This document shows, piece after piece, positions 1 to 13,900 of a stretch of DNA of 64,000 nucleotides; within the stretch, counting starts at the first letter, position 1; every line of letters starts with the position of its first letter. The notes beneath the pieces are model-generated. The model saw only the letters and a list, made by a program, of their open reading frames with translations, was not told the origin of the DNA and ran no database searches. Made by a program: the position numbers and the translations under genes. Origin of the DNA: Nymphaea colorata (taxonomy: Eukaryota); contig NC_045138.2 in NCBI RefSeq assembly GCF_008831285.2, positions 8,680,001 to 8,744,000 of the forward strand, in the 5' to 3' direction.

Positions 1-2378
1 GTAAATCTCTTTTTTTAATCTGGAATGTCCTTAAAGAGGTCTTGAGGAAATGTTGGCCCACTTGACTTACTACCACACATCTCCTGATTGCTGAGTGGGG
101 TGCTAGCACCAAAATTCATCTGAACAGCATTATGGAATTCATCTGAATGCTAGCACCACACATCTCCTGATTGCTGGGTCCTTGCTGCACTTGTTGGAGG
201 TTGGATTCATGTCATGTACATAATCAGCAGTAAGAAGGAGCACCATGCAACTGAAGAATTTGAATCAGAAGGGCAAGCAGGTCATGGCATGACTTTTGGA
301 GGACCATGCCCCTCTATGCTGAAATCCAGCAGCGGATTGAAAGTTGCAAGCTTCATTGAAAGAAACTACATGGAAAACATAATTAGATAGTATGTATTCT
401 TCTTCATAAAGAACGGAACATCAAAATGACTAGGTTCATTACACTTCAATAAATCCCATATTTTCCTCTCATGTACACAAGCTGCTTAAAGAACATATAC
501 ACTAAGGCGCCAAGCATACTTACAGAGTTGAAAGATTTGACAGCAAACCGAAAGAATTAGGAAGGTCTCCTGTAAAATGGTTGAAAGATAAATCCCTGCC
601 ATGAGAGTACAGATACTTTAATTGGTAAAATGTAACATAACACAACATGGTCGTAATTGAGTAATGAAGATTCCCACCTAAATTGTAACATAACACAGCA
701 GAAAGTATCAGAGACGCTTTAAGTTTTAGCTACATATAAGGCCTCAGAAAAAAGCATTTACACATACGTAACAATATATATAACAGTGAAGGACAGAAGA
801 AATAAAAAAAAAGCACCGACATCAATGACACTTGAAGACAGAGAAGTGCACAAGATTAGACCTTCAATGGTCTCCCTTGGTGTCTTTATCTTCACCAAGC
901 ATACTTATTGCAATGCTCATCAAGTGGAAGTGCCGCAAATGTGACAAAGGTATACCTGAAAGCCCAAAAGAAGTGTAATAGTGATTCAACTAAAAAATTG
1001 AGAAACTTACTCTCTTTTGCAGAAAATGAGTTACATATTGCATGTTCGTAAAAAGTACACAGCCAAGAAAGTGAAACCAGTAAATATAGAGGTCAAAGAA
1101 CTTTGCATGCCATCCAAACACAAAAAAGGAAAACAGAAAACAGGTCACCAAAAAAATCAAGCAATGAAGAACAGCTTCAAGAAATAAGCTCCATCTCTGA
1201 GAAAAAAGAATTGCTGCCTCACCTATGTGAACCATTCAGTGTTATGACTGAAACTTTGTGATCCTGAAATCAATTATAAAGTTATGATCAAGTTAGATCC
1301 TGAGAACATTGAAATTAGACCCTGCTTGTTCCAGAGAAAAGAAAAACTCCAATTAAAATGCACAACCTTTGAACCGGCATTGCAACTATTTAGTGCAACA
1401 GACTTGTTAGATGTCATACAGGCTCCTCCGTCAGCAGTTTTCATACTATTTCTGTTCTTGCAAGGGCCCACTGCACCATTAAGTATTACTGTCCAAACCA
1501 ATACAAATAAGTATGAGTATTTATCATATGGGACAACAAGGCAAAGACAATATATGTGCAAGTCCATCAACAAGACCCAAAAAAGTAAAATAAAATTACC
1601 ATAAATTGAAATATCTTACTGACTCAAGAAGGAACACAAGTAACAATGTCAAACAGCAACACACACACAATTTAAGTTCTTCACTATTCATCACCACAAG
1701 CCTTTGCAAATTAACCATAGGCTTAAAAAGGACCAGCGAACACTTTCCAACATGATAAGTGCATCCAAAACACTATTCTAAATAAGACAATAAATCAAGG
1801 AAAATGCAACTATAACACTTTTTGTGACAACATAACAAAAAAGAATATGAAGATTAAGCACCTTCTCAGAATGCCATATGCATAGAGTCCTTGTCAACCC
1901 AGTGGCAGATACCTCTCATCATATGGAATAATAGGAACCAACAAAATGCCAGACAAAGAACATAGCATTAACCTCGCTATCAGTGTTGGATCCACCTTGT
2001 AAGAACACATGCAGGACCAAAAAATTACCGATTGTAGTCATCCCCTAACATATGGGGCGGACCATCCAGTCACTAAACATATCTGCTTGCTTGCAGTAAA
2101 TAAAACAACAAGTGAAGATTCACCTTCTTTTCTTTTGATATAGTATGAAAGTTCCAGACACCCGAGATCTAGAGATAGAGACGAGACTGCCAAACTGTAG
2201 CACTACCATACAACTCATATTCTCATCAGCAACACCAAAGCACCTTAACAGAACCTCTTCTTCCAAACAGCAAAACATCACAGCCCAAACCCTAGAGGAA
2301 GAAGATGGACGAGAATCGCAAAAAATACCAACTTGACAAAACCTTCACTCAAGAAACGAGACCACAACACAAAGAGAG

Positions 2379-5300
2379 TGGTAGGGTCTGCCCGAATGCG
2401 GATAAGAAAGTCACCAAGGTGCCGTCGAGACCCTCTCCAAGATCTAGGAGGATGTCGCCGATTTAGGGTTTAAAATTTCAATACAATGAATGGTTTCCGC
2501 CGGACAGTCACCCCGGCTTAATAATAGGTCAAGATAGTACAAGAAGGGCTTCCCCAATCCCGGCTTGAGCCTACTACAATGGTCTAGAATAGGTGTGAGG
2601 TTTAATACAAAGTGTAGCGATACATCAAACACTCATCTCACTCAACATTCACCAAACCATGCAAACCATTCTGTCATTCAATCCCTAGTCGGAACAAACC
2701 ATACCCTTATCCCTAGGTGGTCCACAACCCGGAAATCGTGTCCTTGGCAAGGTGCCTTGGAGGGATTCCAGCCGATTGTCAATGCCGTAGGCGGTTTGGG
2801 AAGCAAATACACCCTTTCCCCGAATCTATAGGATGATCCGATGTTACCTCCCAAGGCCTCGCTTGGGGACTCCTCTTGCTCACCGAAGGTAAAGGCCAAC
2901 AACGCAAGATTGCCCTTCGGTATTCAGCTCCCCTTCAACTCCGGGCAGCAATAGTCCTTAGATAGAATCACAATAACGAGAAGGAAATCAAGTTCTATCT
3001 AGGAAGAAACGATAGAGAGAGAGAGAGTATCGTCACCGGATTCCCAATTAACCCCAAGGGTGAACGGAATGTCGATTGGGGGATGCTATCGTCGATTTCG
3101 CCCGACGGATGCGGTTCCTTCTCTCTCTCGGGTTCCAATCTCCCACGGGAAGAAGTTGAGCCACGAGTTTCTTTGCTGGAATGAGGATTTGAGAAACAAA
3201 ACCAACAAGTATCAGGTATAGAAATGAAAGAGAAATCAACTTTTAAATGAGGAAATCTTTCACCCGTAAGACCAATTTCACCCCGGTCTTTTGTAATTAG
3301 AGGAGAAGCAAACACCGGTGCGCCGGCAGACGTTGAGGCAATCCTCAAGTTGCACTCCTACTCCTTCGTTTCCGACCCCTACTATCTCCCACGAACTCAT
3401 GGGCAAGACTCCCAAATGAACCACACGAACACAAGTAATCACGATCCAAATGATAAAAGAAATGAAAGAGGGTTCGTGGATGCACTACACCGGATAATCG
3501 AATAACCCCTAGGAAGTGTCGTACAGAGGGAGAAACAAGTGTTGGAAGCGCCAACACAGGCGTGACTTCCTTCTTCTCCGGTGAAGTGGAGAGCTCCGGC
3601 GATGAATGCTGGTCGGACTCCGGCACGGTGTCTCCCTCCTTGCTCTCCACGGCTCCTCGAGTTCTCAAAGAGTGGTCGTCCTTTCCCTCACACGAGCTAG
3701 GGCTAAGAGGCCTCCCCCCAAGATTGACATGAGGATCCCTCCTAGCATCGTGGAAGAATCTCCTTCAATTGTGCATTGAGAATCTCCAAGGATGGCGCCA
3801 CGATCTTGTCTTGTTTGGATAATGACCAGGTGCAATGCACCTAATCGGCTGGCCGATCTCCTTCCTTGATTGTTGGAGATCAAATCAGGAAGGAGGATCT
3901 TACGGGGATGACGCGAACTGCCTCTTGCCACGTGTCCTGACCTCGTGGCGCCACCTAGCACCTGCCTTATTTGAGAAGGGTCCAGATTCAACGTACCTAA
4001 AGCGCGAGAATCTCCTTTCCAAAGTTATAGGGACGGATCTAGAAGGAGATCGCCTTCCCTTTTTCCGTCGCTGATTTGGTGGGCCAGATGGATGGCGCCT
4101 TCCTTCCCGAGCTGCCTCCTGTCCTCCTCGTCAATCAGCAGCGGATCTCTTGCCAAAAGCATCGCAAGAGGATAAGGAAAGGCTGCACGGCGCCCAAATG
4201 TTGCCTTTTTGATGTACTTATGCGCTAGGGTTGAGCTCGCCTCTCATGACCAAATTGCCCATCCTAAGTGTGAATTAATTCAAGTAAAATCAAGATATAG
4301 CAAGGGCAGACTTGGAACTAATTATCCAATGGTCGGATCTGGCCGGCAGCTTCCGGATCTGACCGAAAAATTATCCGAAATTTGGACATACTCTATGAAA
4401 ACCGGCAAGCAGTCCTTCAACATCCAGAACTTTCAATCAATGATTCACTAGCCAATGAAATCCAAATACCTTGATTTTGAGATATGTTGTAGAACTTTTA
4501 TTTATGAATCCAACGGTATATGGTTCGCCTGAAAACTCTACCGGAATCGCTGGAAACAGCCTCTGCAAGTGGCGGTTCTGCGGTGGACTGCGCCTGAGCG
4601 GTGGCGGCAGAAACAGCAAACTTCAGCGGCAGATTTGACCGGTGCGCTCTGGTCCGATCAGGCTGAAATTTTAGTATGTTGTACCTGAGGATGAGAGCTT
4701 TCAAACAAGCTATAGATCGCCTCAAAAGTCTTAGTAAATTTCCAGATACAGCTATTTTAGCAGAAGTGGTTTCTGATGCGCCCTTCAAAAATCCGAGAGT
4801 CGCCTCTTCCGCGCTTCTCCTTCTTTCCCTCCGCGATGTCTCTCTTTCCTTCCGCAGACTTTCTCCTTCCTCGCCCTAGCCTTATCCTTTTGGTCCATAA
4901 TTCGTATAGAGACTATGGACGATTCACCTATCTAAGATTCAACAGAATATTACCAGGATTTCGGCTGCTGGAAGAACTCCAGCCGGATGCTCTCGATCGT
5001 CCTCAAGTCGTCTCGAAGGTAGGTCTTCTTCTCCACGCGATGCCGCTGGTCCAGACCTAGTTAGACGAGAAGTTTATCCCCGGAATGCAAGGCTTGGGCC
5101 TGCATTGATGTTGTGGTTAAGGGAGAACCGAGATCTCATCCACTAAGTACTAGGAAGATCAGAATACTTAGCTCATGATGAGAAACTCGCCGGATGTCGA
5201 TGTTGAAGAAGACGAGCCAGAACCACGAGCGGCGCCTCGTTCAACTTCCTCTAGTGCAGCCACCTTTCAACTCCTTCGTGATCAAGGAGAAGGCACAGCT

Positions 5301-6192
5301 GCCTATCGAAGGATCTCTTGGTTCGGAACGATCCAAATCCAAGTTGTCAATGGCTGCCGGCGGCCATTAACGGAGCTTGAATCTCCACAAATCTCACGGC
5401 TTGGTGAGCATTGCGGCCATTAACGGAGCTTGAATCTCCACAAATCTCACGGCTTGGTGAGCATTGCAATGTAGTGCTTCTATGGAAGCCACGACCTAAG
5501 GTCCAAGGGACTCCTCACACGGAGAGAGAAAACTTCAATTTGACTAAACGATAATCAATAAGTGTCTCGGTTTTGGACTTAAATACAAGTACCCGAGCTG
5601 GTTCCAAGTTGTGTCTCGAGATGAGACGAAAAGTAAATCGAGTCTAATAAAGAAAATGGTACATAAGCAAATTAAATCAAGTAAAAAGTCCAGATCTGAA
5701 TTGGGCCAAAGGCCCCACCTCGCCCGGGCCCGCCCGAGCTTCGTCAACTTGATTCTCCAAGTGGGTCCGAGCCCACTGCCCTTTATCCACGCCCGGATCA
5801 CGCATGCTCCTCTGTAAGCCGAGCCCACCATCTTTTAGGTCAGACGTGCCTAAGTCATCCTCTTCCGGACTAAGTGGGTCCGGGTCTTCTTTATCTAGGC
5901 TAGATGCACCTAGGCCTTCCTCACCTAGACCGAGCGGGTCTAGGTCTCCTAGGTCGAACCCACCTACGTCTTCTACGCGCAAGGCTCCCTTAGCCTTACT
6001 AAGTATTTCCATGCGCTCCCGGCTTGGCTCCACCTCGTTCTTTGCCTTCGTTGAGGACTTAACCTCACAATGAAAATGTCTGCCTTCGTCTATAGAAGCC
6101 GCCTCCACCTGTTTTCCGCAAAATTTAAAACAAGAAAAGTTAGCCTCCCCACCAATATGTGGGAAGTACGAGTTCTAGGAAGGCTCGTATCA
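2379..6192 (-). repeat. 3' LTR (3814 bp)
   Basis: Colinear with 16286-19996, TG..CA ends, directly next to the PPT. Relative to the other LTR it has a private 53-bp tandem duplication (5361-5466) and a 25-bp deletion near 6157. Confidence 0.95.
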
Positions 6193-6206
6193 ACCCCACC
6201 CTCCTT
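6193..6206 (-). promoter_or_regulatory. Polypurine tract
   Basis: Minus strand AAGGAGGGTGGGGT immediately precedes the TGATACG start of the 3' LTR. Confidence 0.85.
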
Positions 6207-9200
6207 AGATCGAGCTTGTCCCCAAGCTCGTGGTGTAGGGAAACAGAGACAAAGTCCCCAAGGTCGTGACGTAGGGAAATGAAGACGAATCTGTTCCAAG
6301 TCCTCCCAAGAGGTACCTCCATCTAGACCTTCCCACTCAATCAAAACCTCATGTCGTTGCCTACCATCTCGCAAAGCATATCGGTGCTTCAAGATCCGAT
6401 ATGCAGTGGGCTGCTGGTTCGGGTTGTGCTCAATGTTCCCAGGGAGAGAACCGTGGTGTGGCTTCAACCGTGTCACGTGAAAAACCGGATGAACTTGGGC
6501 AGCCGGTGGTAAGGAGATGCAATAAGCAGTCTTCCCTATTCTTTGAAGTACTTGGTATGGACCATAATACTTGGGAAGGAGCTTAGAATAGGGCTGCCAC
6601 ACATAGTCTCCCACACTGAACTCTCTATCTTTTCGCCCCTTATTGTAGAACTGTCGCATACGAGTTTGGGCCTTAGCGATGTTCTGCTTAAGAGATTCCA
6701 GAATCTCTTCACGAGTTCGTAGAGTGATATCCAATTCATCGTCCATGGCTGTCCCTCTTCATACCGAGGAATAGTAGGAGGTGGAAAACCATACACTGCC
6801 TCATATGGTGTGACTCTTGTGCTTGAATGGAGGCTAGTGTTATAGGACCACTCAGTCCACGATATATGTCTGACCCAAGTGTTGGGTCATGCCCCTACAT
6901 CTGAGGTATGTCTCCAATGTACAATTCACTACCTCACTCTGTCCATCTGTCTGAGGATGGTGTGCAATGCTAAAATGTAAGGAGGTACCTGCCAGTCACA
7001 TGTACTCTTGCCAAAAGGCCCACAAGAAAATAGAGTCCCGGTCACTCATGTTGGTGTTGAGCATTCCATGAAGCTTCTCAACATGATCGTGGTAGGCTGC
7101 AGCAACTAGGGGACCCTGATATGAGCGAGGTAAGGGCACAAAGTGAGCGTATTTTGTCAGTATGTCAACTACCACCATGACTGACTCTTTCCCCTTTGAC
7201 TTAGGCATTGCCTCTATAAAATCCATAGAGACATCTCTCCATGGCTGTGTAGGAATAGGTAGGGGAACTAGGTGCCTGGGAGGCCTGACTGCCTCATACT
7301 TCTCCCTCTGACAATCTCACACAAACCTCTTCACATCAGCCTTCAAGCCCTCCCACCAGAATTGGGGCTTGATCCTGCCTATGGTCTTGGTCACCCCCTT
7401 ATGGCCCGCTGTGACAGACTCATGAAAGTGCCTAATAAGCTCGTCCCTAAGAGTAGAGAGGCTTGGCTCTCTTCGTAAGTGCTTTGGACATAAATGCTAC
7501 TGGATGTCCTTCCTAGCTTAAAACAACACCAACTCCTGCATCACTAGCATCTGTCTCTACCGTGAATTCCTTCTCAAAATTGGGTAAAGTCAAAACTGGT
7601 GCCGATACAAGTGCTGCCTTCAACTGGATGAAGGCCTCTCGTGACTTTTCTGACCACTAAAACTGCCCCTTTTTTAGCATGTGGGTCAATGGGGCAGCTA
7701 TTGACCCATAGCCACTGATGAAGCGTATGTAGTAGCAGGTAAGTCCCAAAATTCCACGCAACTCCTTTGGGTTTTTGGGTAAGGGCCACACTCGATTGTT
7801 ACCAACTTCTCTGGCTCAGCTCTATCACCATTCTTGGAGACAATGTGTCCCAAGTACCACACTGAGGTCTGGCCAAAGGTATATTTAGAAATCTTAGCAT
7901 ATAGTTGGTTGTCCCTCAAGATGGTAAGGACAGTGTCTAAGTGCTTCGCATGCATCTCCATTGTCGGACTGTATACAAGTATATCATAAAAAAATACTAG
8001 CACATAGTCTCGTAGATAGCTTCTAAAGAGGTCATTGATGCACCTCTGAAATGTGGCAAGGGCATTAGTTAATCCAAAAGGCATTACGAGAAATTCGTAA
8101 TGACCATCATGTGTGTGAAAAGCTGTCTTATGAATGCCCTCCTTTTGCATACGAATCTGGTGGTAGCCTGCTCTCAAGTTCATCTTTGAAAAGTAAGAAG
8201 CACCAGCCAACTCGTCAAGTAACTCATCTATGACTGGTATAGGATGCTTATCCTTTACCGTGACCTCATTGAGGGCCTAGTAATCTACACAAAATCTCCA
8301 CGTACCATCCTTCTTCTTTACCAACAAGACGGGTGATGAAAATGTACTACTACTAGGTCAAATGACCCCACTCTCGAACATCTCCTTCACAAGTTTTTTT
8401 ATCTCGGCCTTCTGACTATAGGCATACCGATATGGACGCACATTCACTGCCTCTGCCCCTTTGGTGGGGGTAATCCTATGATCATAGGAACGAGTGGGAG
8501 GCAAGCTTTTAGGCTCTTTAAAAATGGAAGGGAAGCCGTTAATCACACACTGAATGTCCTGAGGAATCACTTCAACATCGGTGGTGGAAGGAACAACATC
8601 TTTAACCATTGATACTAGCCAATATGATGGCTGATTTGCCATGAGCACCTTCAATGCCGGCTTAGGGTCCACGCTAGGATTGATTGCTCTGAGGGTTACC
8701 TCCCCTCCACGCTCCTTAGGAAACATCATAGTCATGTCATCCAAGTCCCACAAGATCCTTTTCAAGGCTTTCATCCATTGAATCTCAAGTACTACATCTA
8801 CACCCCCAATAAGAAGAATGTATAGATCAACCTTGAAAGGAACCTTGTGCATTTCCAAGCCCACGTTTTTGCAAATTTCATTGCAAGCTAATTTCTCACA
8901 ATTTCCAACCATGACATTGAAAGAAGCTTGGGGAGTCGTCTTGCCATCCACGAGATGAGCCAACCTCGAATTGAGGAAGTTGTGGGTGGCTCCGGTATCA
9001 AGAAAAACAATCACCTTTTGGTAATTGATCTTACCCACAACCTTCATGGCATTGGGCCCGTTGTTGGTGAGGGCGTGACACAAGCCCTCCTCTTTTTCCT
9101 CGGTATCTTCTTCTACCTTGGCTACCTCCGTGCCCTCGGTATCTACCTCTTCACTTCCCTCAAGTTCTTCATCACTATCTGTGACCTCATATAACTGAAA

Positions 9201-10642
9201 ATACTTGCACTTATGACCCACATGCCACTTTTCTTCACAGTTGAAGCAAAGCCCCTTTTTAATCCTTTCCTCTCGTTCTTGACGTGAAATGTATTTAATG
9301 GAAATGTTATTGCAAAAGGCTGGCCGATTTTAAAACTTTCTTAGGGGTGGAGCTGATTTCACAAAGTTAGGCTTGGGTTTGGATGCAATCCCCGGTTTGT
9401 AAGCCTTCTTTCTTGCCTCTCTTCTTCTAAGTTGCTCCTCAATGGTCTTGGCTAATGCAAAACATCTCCTTAATTCGGTAGGAGGATCCCTAAGCATCTC
9501 AATTTGAATGTCCTCATCAAGACCCCCTATGAAGTGGGCGATCTTGGAATCTTCTGATCGATTTTTAACCATGCTACATAGTCTCTCAAACTTGCTTTGA
9601 TAGTCTTGGACGGTAAAAGTTTGCTTGATATTTCTCAATTCAATCTCGTGGTTAACATACGTGGTCTCTCCAAACCGTAGTAAAAGTTCATCCTTGAAGA
9701 GGTCCCAAGTGGCGTTTGGATAGTCCTCTTCCCAAAAGCAATACCATTGCATGGCCTCCTCTTCTAGATACATCTTTGCCAAACGAATCTTGTGTTGCTC
9801 TACAATTTCTTGGCAAATGAAGTATTGTTCGGCTTTGTAGATTCATTCTTTTGGCATTTTTTCATTGAATTTAGGGAAGTCCATTTTTGGCATAGGGAGC
9901 CTTGGCTCCTCATTTTGTCGACCTCTCCTGCCATGGTTGAAACCAGCATGGTGTTGGCCTCTACCTTGGCCATTCATCATCTCGATTTCCCTATCCAATT
10001 CCTCTTCGAACTCGCCAAAAGTCATGGATTGCATGGAACGATTCTCGTGATGTCTCCTTGGCCCTTCATGGTGTGGACCCAAATTTTGGTAGGGCTCGTC
10101 GTGGTGCTGCCTTTCTTGGTTTTGCCTTTGCTTCTGAAAAGCTCTCCTTATCTCCTCAGGTGTAGGTCTCTCACCCCCTCGTCTGGCCCTCTCTCCCACA
10201 TGTATTGGTGCCCGAGTTGGTTTGTACCATTAGTGAGTTGATGATGGGTAATTTGGCGTTGGATAGGAGGTGGGGCTGGTTCGTTTTGGGGAACATGTGT
10301 GTGGGCTCTAGGTGGTTGTTCTACCCCTTGTCCCCTTAGGCTTGCTCTCCTAGCATCCACCAAAAATGCCTCACTCACCGCTCCTATGGGGTCATTCCTA
10401 TAATAGTAGGAAGAGGTTTGGGAACGAAGTGGGTTTCTCCTTTGCTCTAGGTTGTTCAACCGGCTGTCCATATTGACAATGGTTTGGGTTACCCCGGCTA
10501 ATTGGTTAAGGATAAGGTCTAATTTGGAGTTGGTGCCTGAGGGCTCCCCCCTTTCTATTATACGAGTCTCCTCCACCACGACTTGTTCACCCTCTACCGC
10601 CACAGTTTCGGGTTCGATGGTCTTAGCCTTACGTGGGGCCAT
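6193..10642 (-). pseudogene. Decayed gag-pol polyprotein of the chromovirus
   Basis: ATG at 10642 (MAPRK). Gag motifs (PKMDFPKF, WDLFKDELLLRF, FIGGLDEDI), CFNCEEKWHVGHKC knuckle near 9205-9250, protease FLDTGATHNF, RT LRAGYHQIRM and FFYDILVYS (canonical DD reads YD). RNase H is truncated near 7450. Integrase MDFIEAMPKS..VVVDILTKYAHF, a GPY motif and a chromodomain (VLIEWEG..SWED) follow. Several stops and frameshifts. Confidence 0.93.
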
Positions 10643-10900
10643 CACAACTCAACTTCAAGCAAAAACGTCTCAAACAAAGCTGCAATATGCCGAACTGAAA
10701 ACTAAACGAAAACTGAAATAAATACTGCTGTAGCTGCCCGAAAACCACTAGCACAAACTGCCCAAATCTGCTAGAAAACCATGACCGAATAGTGTCTCAA
10801 ATCTGCCCTGTAACTTGCGCTGGCCGAATCTAGCAAGATGAACTCCGGGTGTCTCCAAGGGCTTCCAAGCAACCAAATCAGCAACTAAGTGTCCTCCAAC

Positions 10901-13900
10901 CAGGCCTGGGCAACGGGCCGGGCCGGGCCGGCCCGGCCCGTTTATTTGATGTCGTTAATGACCCGCTAGTGGATCGGGTCGGCCCGCTACCCGACCCGAT
11001 TATTACCGGGCCGGGCCGGGTACCGGGCCAGGTCATCCATGTCTGAAGCCCGGCCCGACCCGTTTTGTTAACTGCCGGGTCGGGCCGGGCCGGGTCGGGC
11101 CGGGCCGGGTCGGGCCGGGCCGGGTCGGGTCTGTTTGGTTTTTAAAAGTAAGCGTTATTTACTTAAATGCCAAAATTGTCAAGTTGCATGGACATATGCT
11201 TCCTAACAATGGATTAAGTCAATCCTAATTTGTATTGTATCCATTTTGTTTAGTATCTGTAATTAAACAAAAGCATCATAACACCAATTTGCCTCTTGAC
11301 AACTCTGATCGGGTTGGGCATCAATCAACACAGGAAAGAAGAAAGACAAGCAAGGCATTTGACATAGAAACCCTGACGTTCAAACAAAGTGACATTCTCA
11401 TTCATTAACCAAGTGTCTCCACTATGAGTCACTAACCAATTGTCTCCATCGGAGCATATCCCCAATGTGAGTCACGCATTACAGTCCTTTCAAACAGTCT
11501 CCTCATTTCTAAAATCAACTTGAAGAAACTGCAAGAAATAACAAAGTGGCAAAATCATTCAATGGATGACAGAGTCATATCACCACAGCACATCAAAGAG
11601 AGATCATGGTTATGTTTTGCATCTAAGTGGAAGGAAGAACCTGCACACCATTGAGCTGTTTTCTTTTGTATAATGTTGTCATTACCACTATATGGATGAG
11701 AAGCATTAACCTCAAGCATTGCATTGTCAAGCATTTTCTCATACATCAAAGTTAAACATAAAGAACGACAGAAACTGAATCTACAATTAGAACTCAAAAA
11801 AGAATGATAGCTTCAATAGGGAGTTCATGGTTGTAGTTCCTTACAACAGCAACTACAAAATCATTTGACAAAGGTTTTGTTGGAACAAGAACCGGCTTCC
11901 AAAAAATGTCAAAGCAACATCCAAATAGCAAAGCCTAAACTAATGCCACATGAAAATCAAAGTAAACATCTTCAAAGTCCATCAACAACCTGCATATGAA
12001 AATCAAAGTAAATGTCTTCAAAGTCCATCAGCAACCTTGAAATGTCCATCTACAATATAACACGAAAAAGAAATGTTAATAAAAACTAACAGGTGCTTGC
12101 CTGCATGGAATAATAAGAATGCATTAAAAATTACCGTGATAATCATGCATTTGATTAACTTTCCTCGTTTGAATGGTGCTCTGCATCATGAGAACTATAA
12201 CACATGTTAATTTAAGCACACTAGTATGTTAACCACTAAAATAAATTACAAAATGGATTATGAACATCTTACCTTTCACCCAAGTTGTGTGCATCACGAA
12301 TCCAACTCTGTGTGCATATCAATGATTCAACATTTTCAGGCGTAGTTGAGCATCGATAATCATTAATAATTCTTCCTGCTATACTGAATGCAGATTCTGA
12401 AGCAACTATAGATACAGGAATGACTAATATATCTCGAGCCATCCTTGCTATAATTTTATATTTACTTTCATTTGTCTTCCACCAAGATAATATGTTGAAG
12501 TCCGCATTATGTGCAATTTCTTCCATTGGATCCATCAAATATTTGTCCAGATCTGTGTGAGCCACTACAGGAGAAACAGAGCTGAAGTATGCTTTGAACC
12601 CACATCTAGCCACACTTCTATACTCTTCTGTTGCAATCTTGGTACTAGTGTATGCATTGTCCATTTGCATATTACTTTTGTCATTATCATCATATATGTT
12701 TTTGTATTCAACATACAAATCATGAAGGATCTTCTCTACAACTTCATATTTTACCATTGCATCTGGTTTATCCAAATCATCAAGCAAATACTTCAGGTAT
12801 GACAACTTGAACCTAAGATCCAAAACAACTGCAATTGCAAAGAGAATATTGTGGCTCTTGAAGTATTTGTCAAATTTTTCTTGCATTTTGCAAGTCAATG
12901 CCCTCATATGCTCATTTGATGTTCCACGATGCCTATGCAAATGATGGTAAATTGATAAAACTTCTTCAAAAACAAGATTAGATGTTACCTGCTTAGAGGT
13001 AGAGAATAGATTTGTTGCATCATAAAATACCTTTAAGAACTGACATAAGTCAGATGCATGAGACCACTCATCCTCAGAAGGCAAACATGCATAACTAGGA
13101 TCACACGATGCCAAATGTTGAAAGACATTTCTGAATAACAATGCATCTCTCAACATTATAAATGTAGAATTCCATCGAGTAGGAACATCATAGTTTAAAC
13201 TTTTTTTCTCATCCAAACCCATTGCCTTTACACATTGCTTGAAAGCATGTAGTCGTTTTGGTGATCCCTTTACATATTTAACACTGTCATGAATTTTAGA
13301 AATTGTATCAACCATATCATTCATACCATCTTGAACCATAAGGTTTATAATATGTGCACCACAACGAATATGAAAGTATTCCCCTCTCAATGGAAATGAC
13401 ATATTATTTTTTCTTTCTAAGGTCCTTCTTAGTAAACTGATCCCACTATCATTTGCTGAACAGTTATCAGCAGTAATAGAAAACAACTTAGCTTGTATGT
13501 CCCACTTAGTAGTAATGCACTCTGATAAAATGTCACTTATACAAATTGCATTATGTGGTGGAGGCACATGTATAAAACTAAGTATATGAGAGTGCAATTG
13601 CCAATCTGTATCAATATATTGGGCTGTCAAACATAAATATCCTAACGTCTGTTGTGATGACCACATGTCAAACGTCAATGAAACCCGCTGCACATGGTTA
13701 CTTAAGACTCCTTGATATCGCATTTTTTCAGTCTTGAACATTGACTGAACCTCTTTTGTAAGTGTTTTTCTAGAAAATGGAATAAATCTTGGATTGCAAG
13801 CCTTTAGAAGATCATTGTGATATTCATATTCAGCAAAACTAAAAGGAAGTCCATGCATGATTGTACACTTAGCCATACATTTTCTTATGGCCTCCATATC

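Noticed and set aside
990..2336. Short ORFs from the track (60-106 aa)
   Set aside because: No recognisable motifs; they lie in AT-rich, intron-like sequence.
2444..5423. ORFs repeated in both LTRs as evidence of genes
   Set aside because: Recurrence follows from LTR identity and says nothing about selection; no domains recognised.
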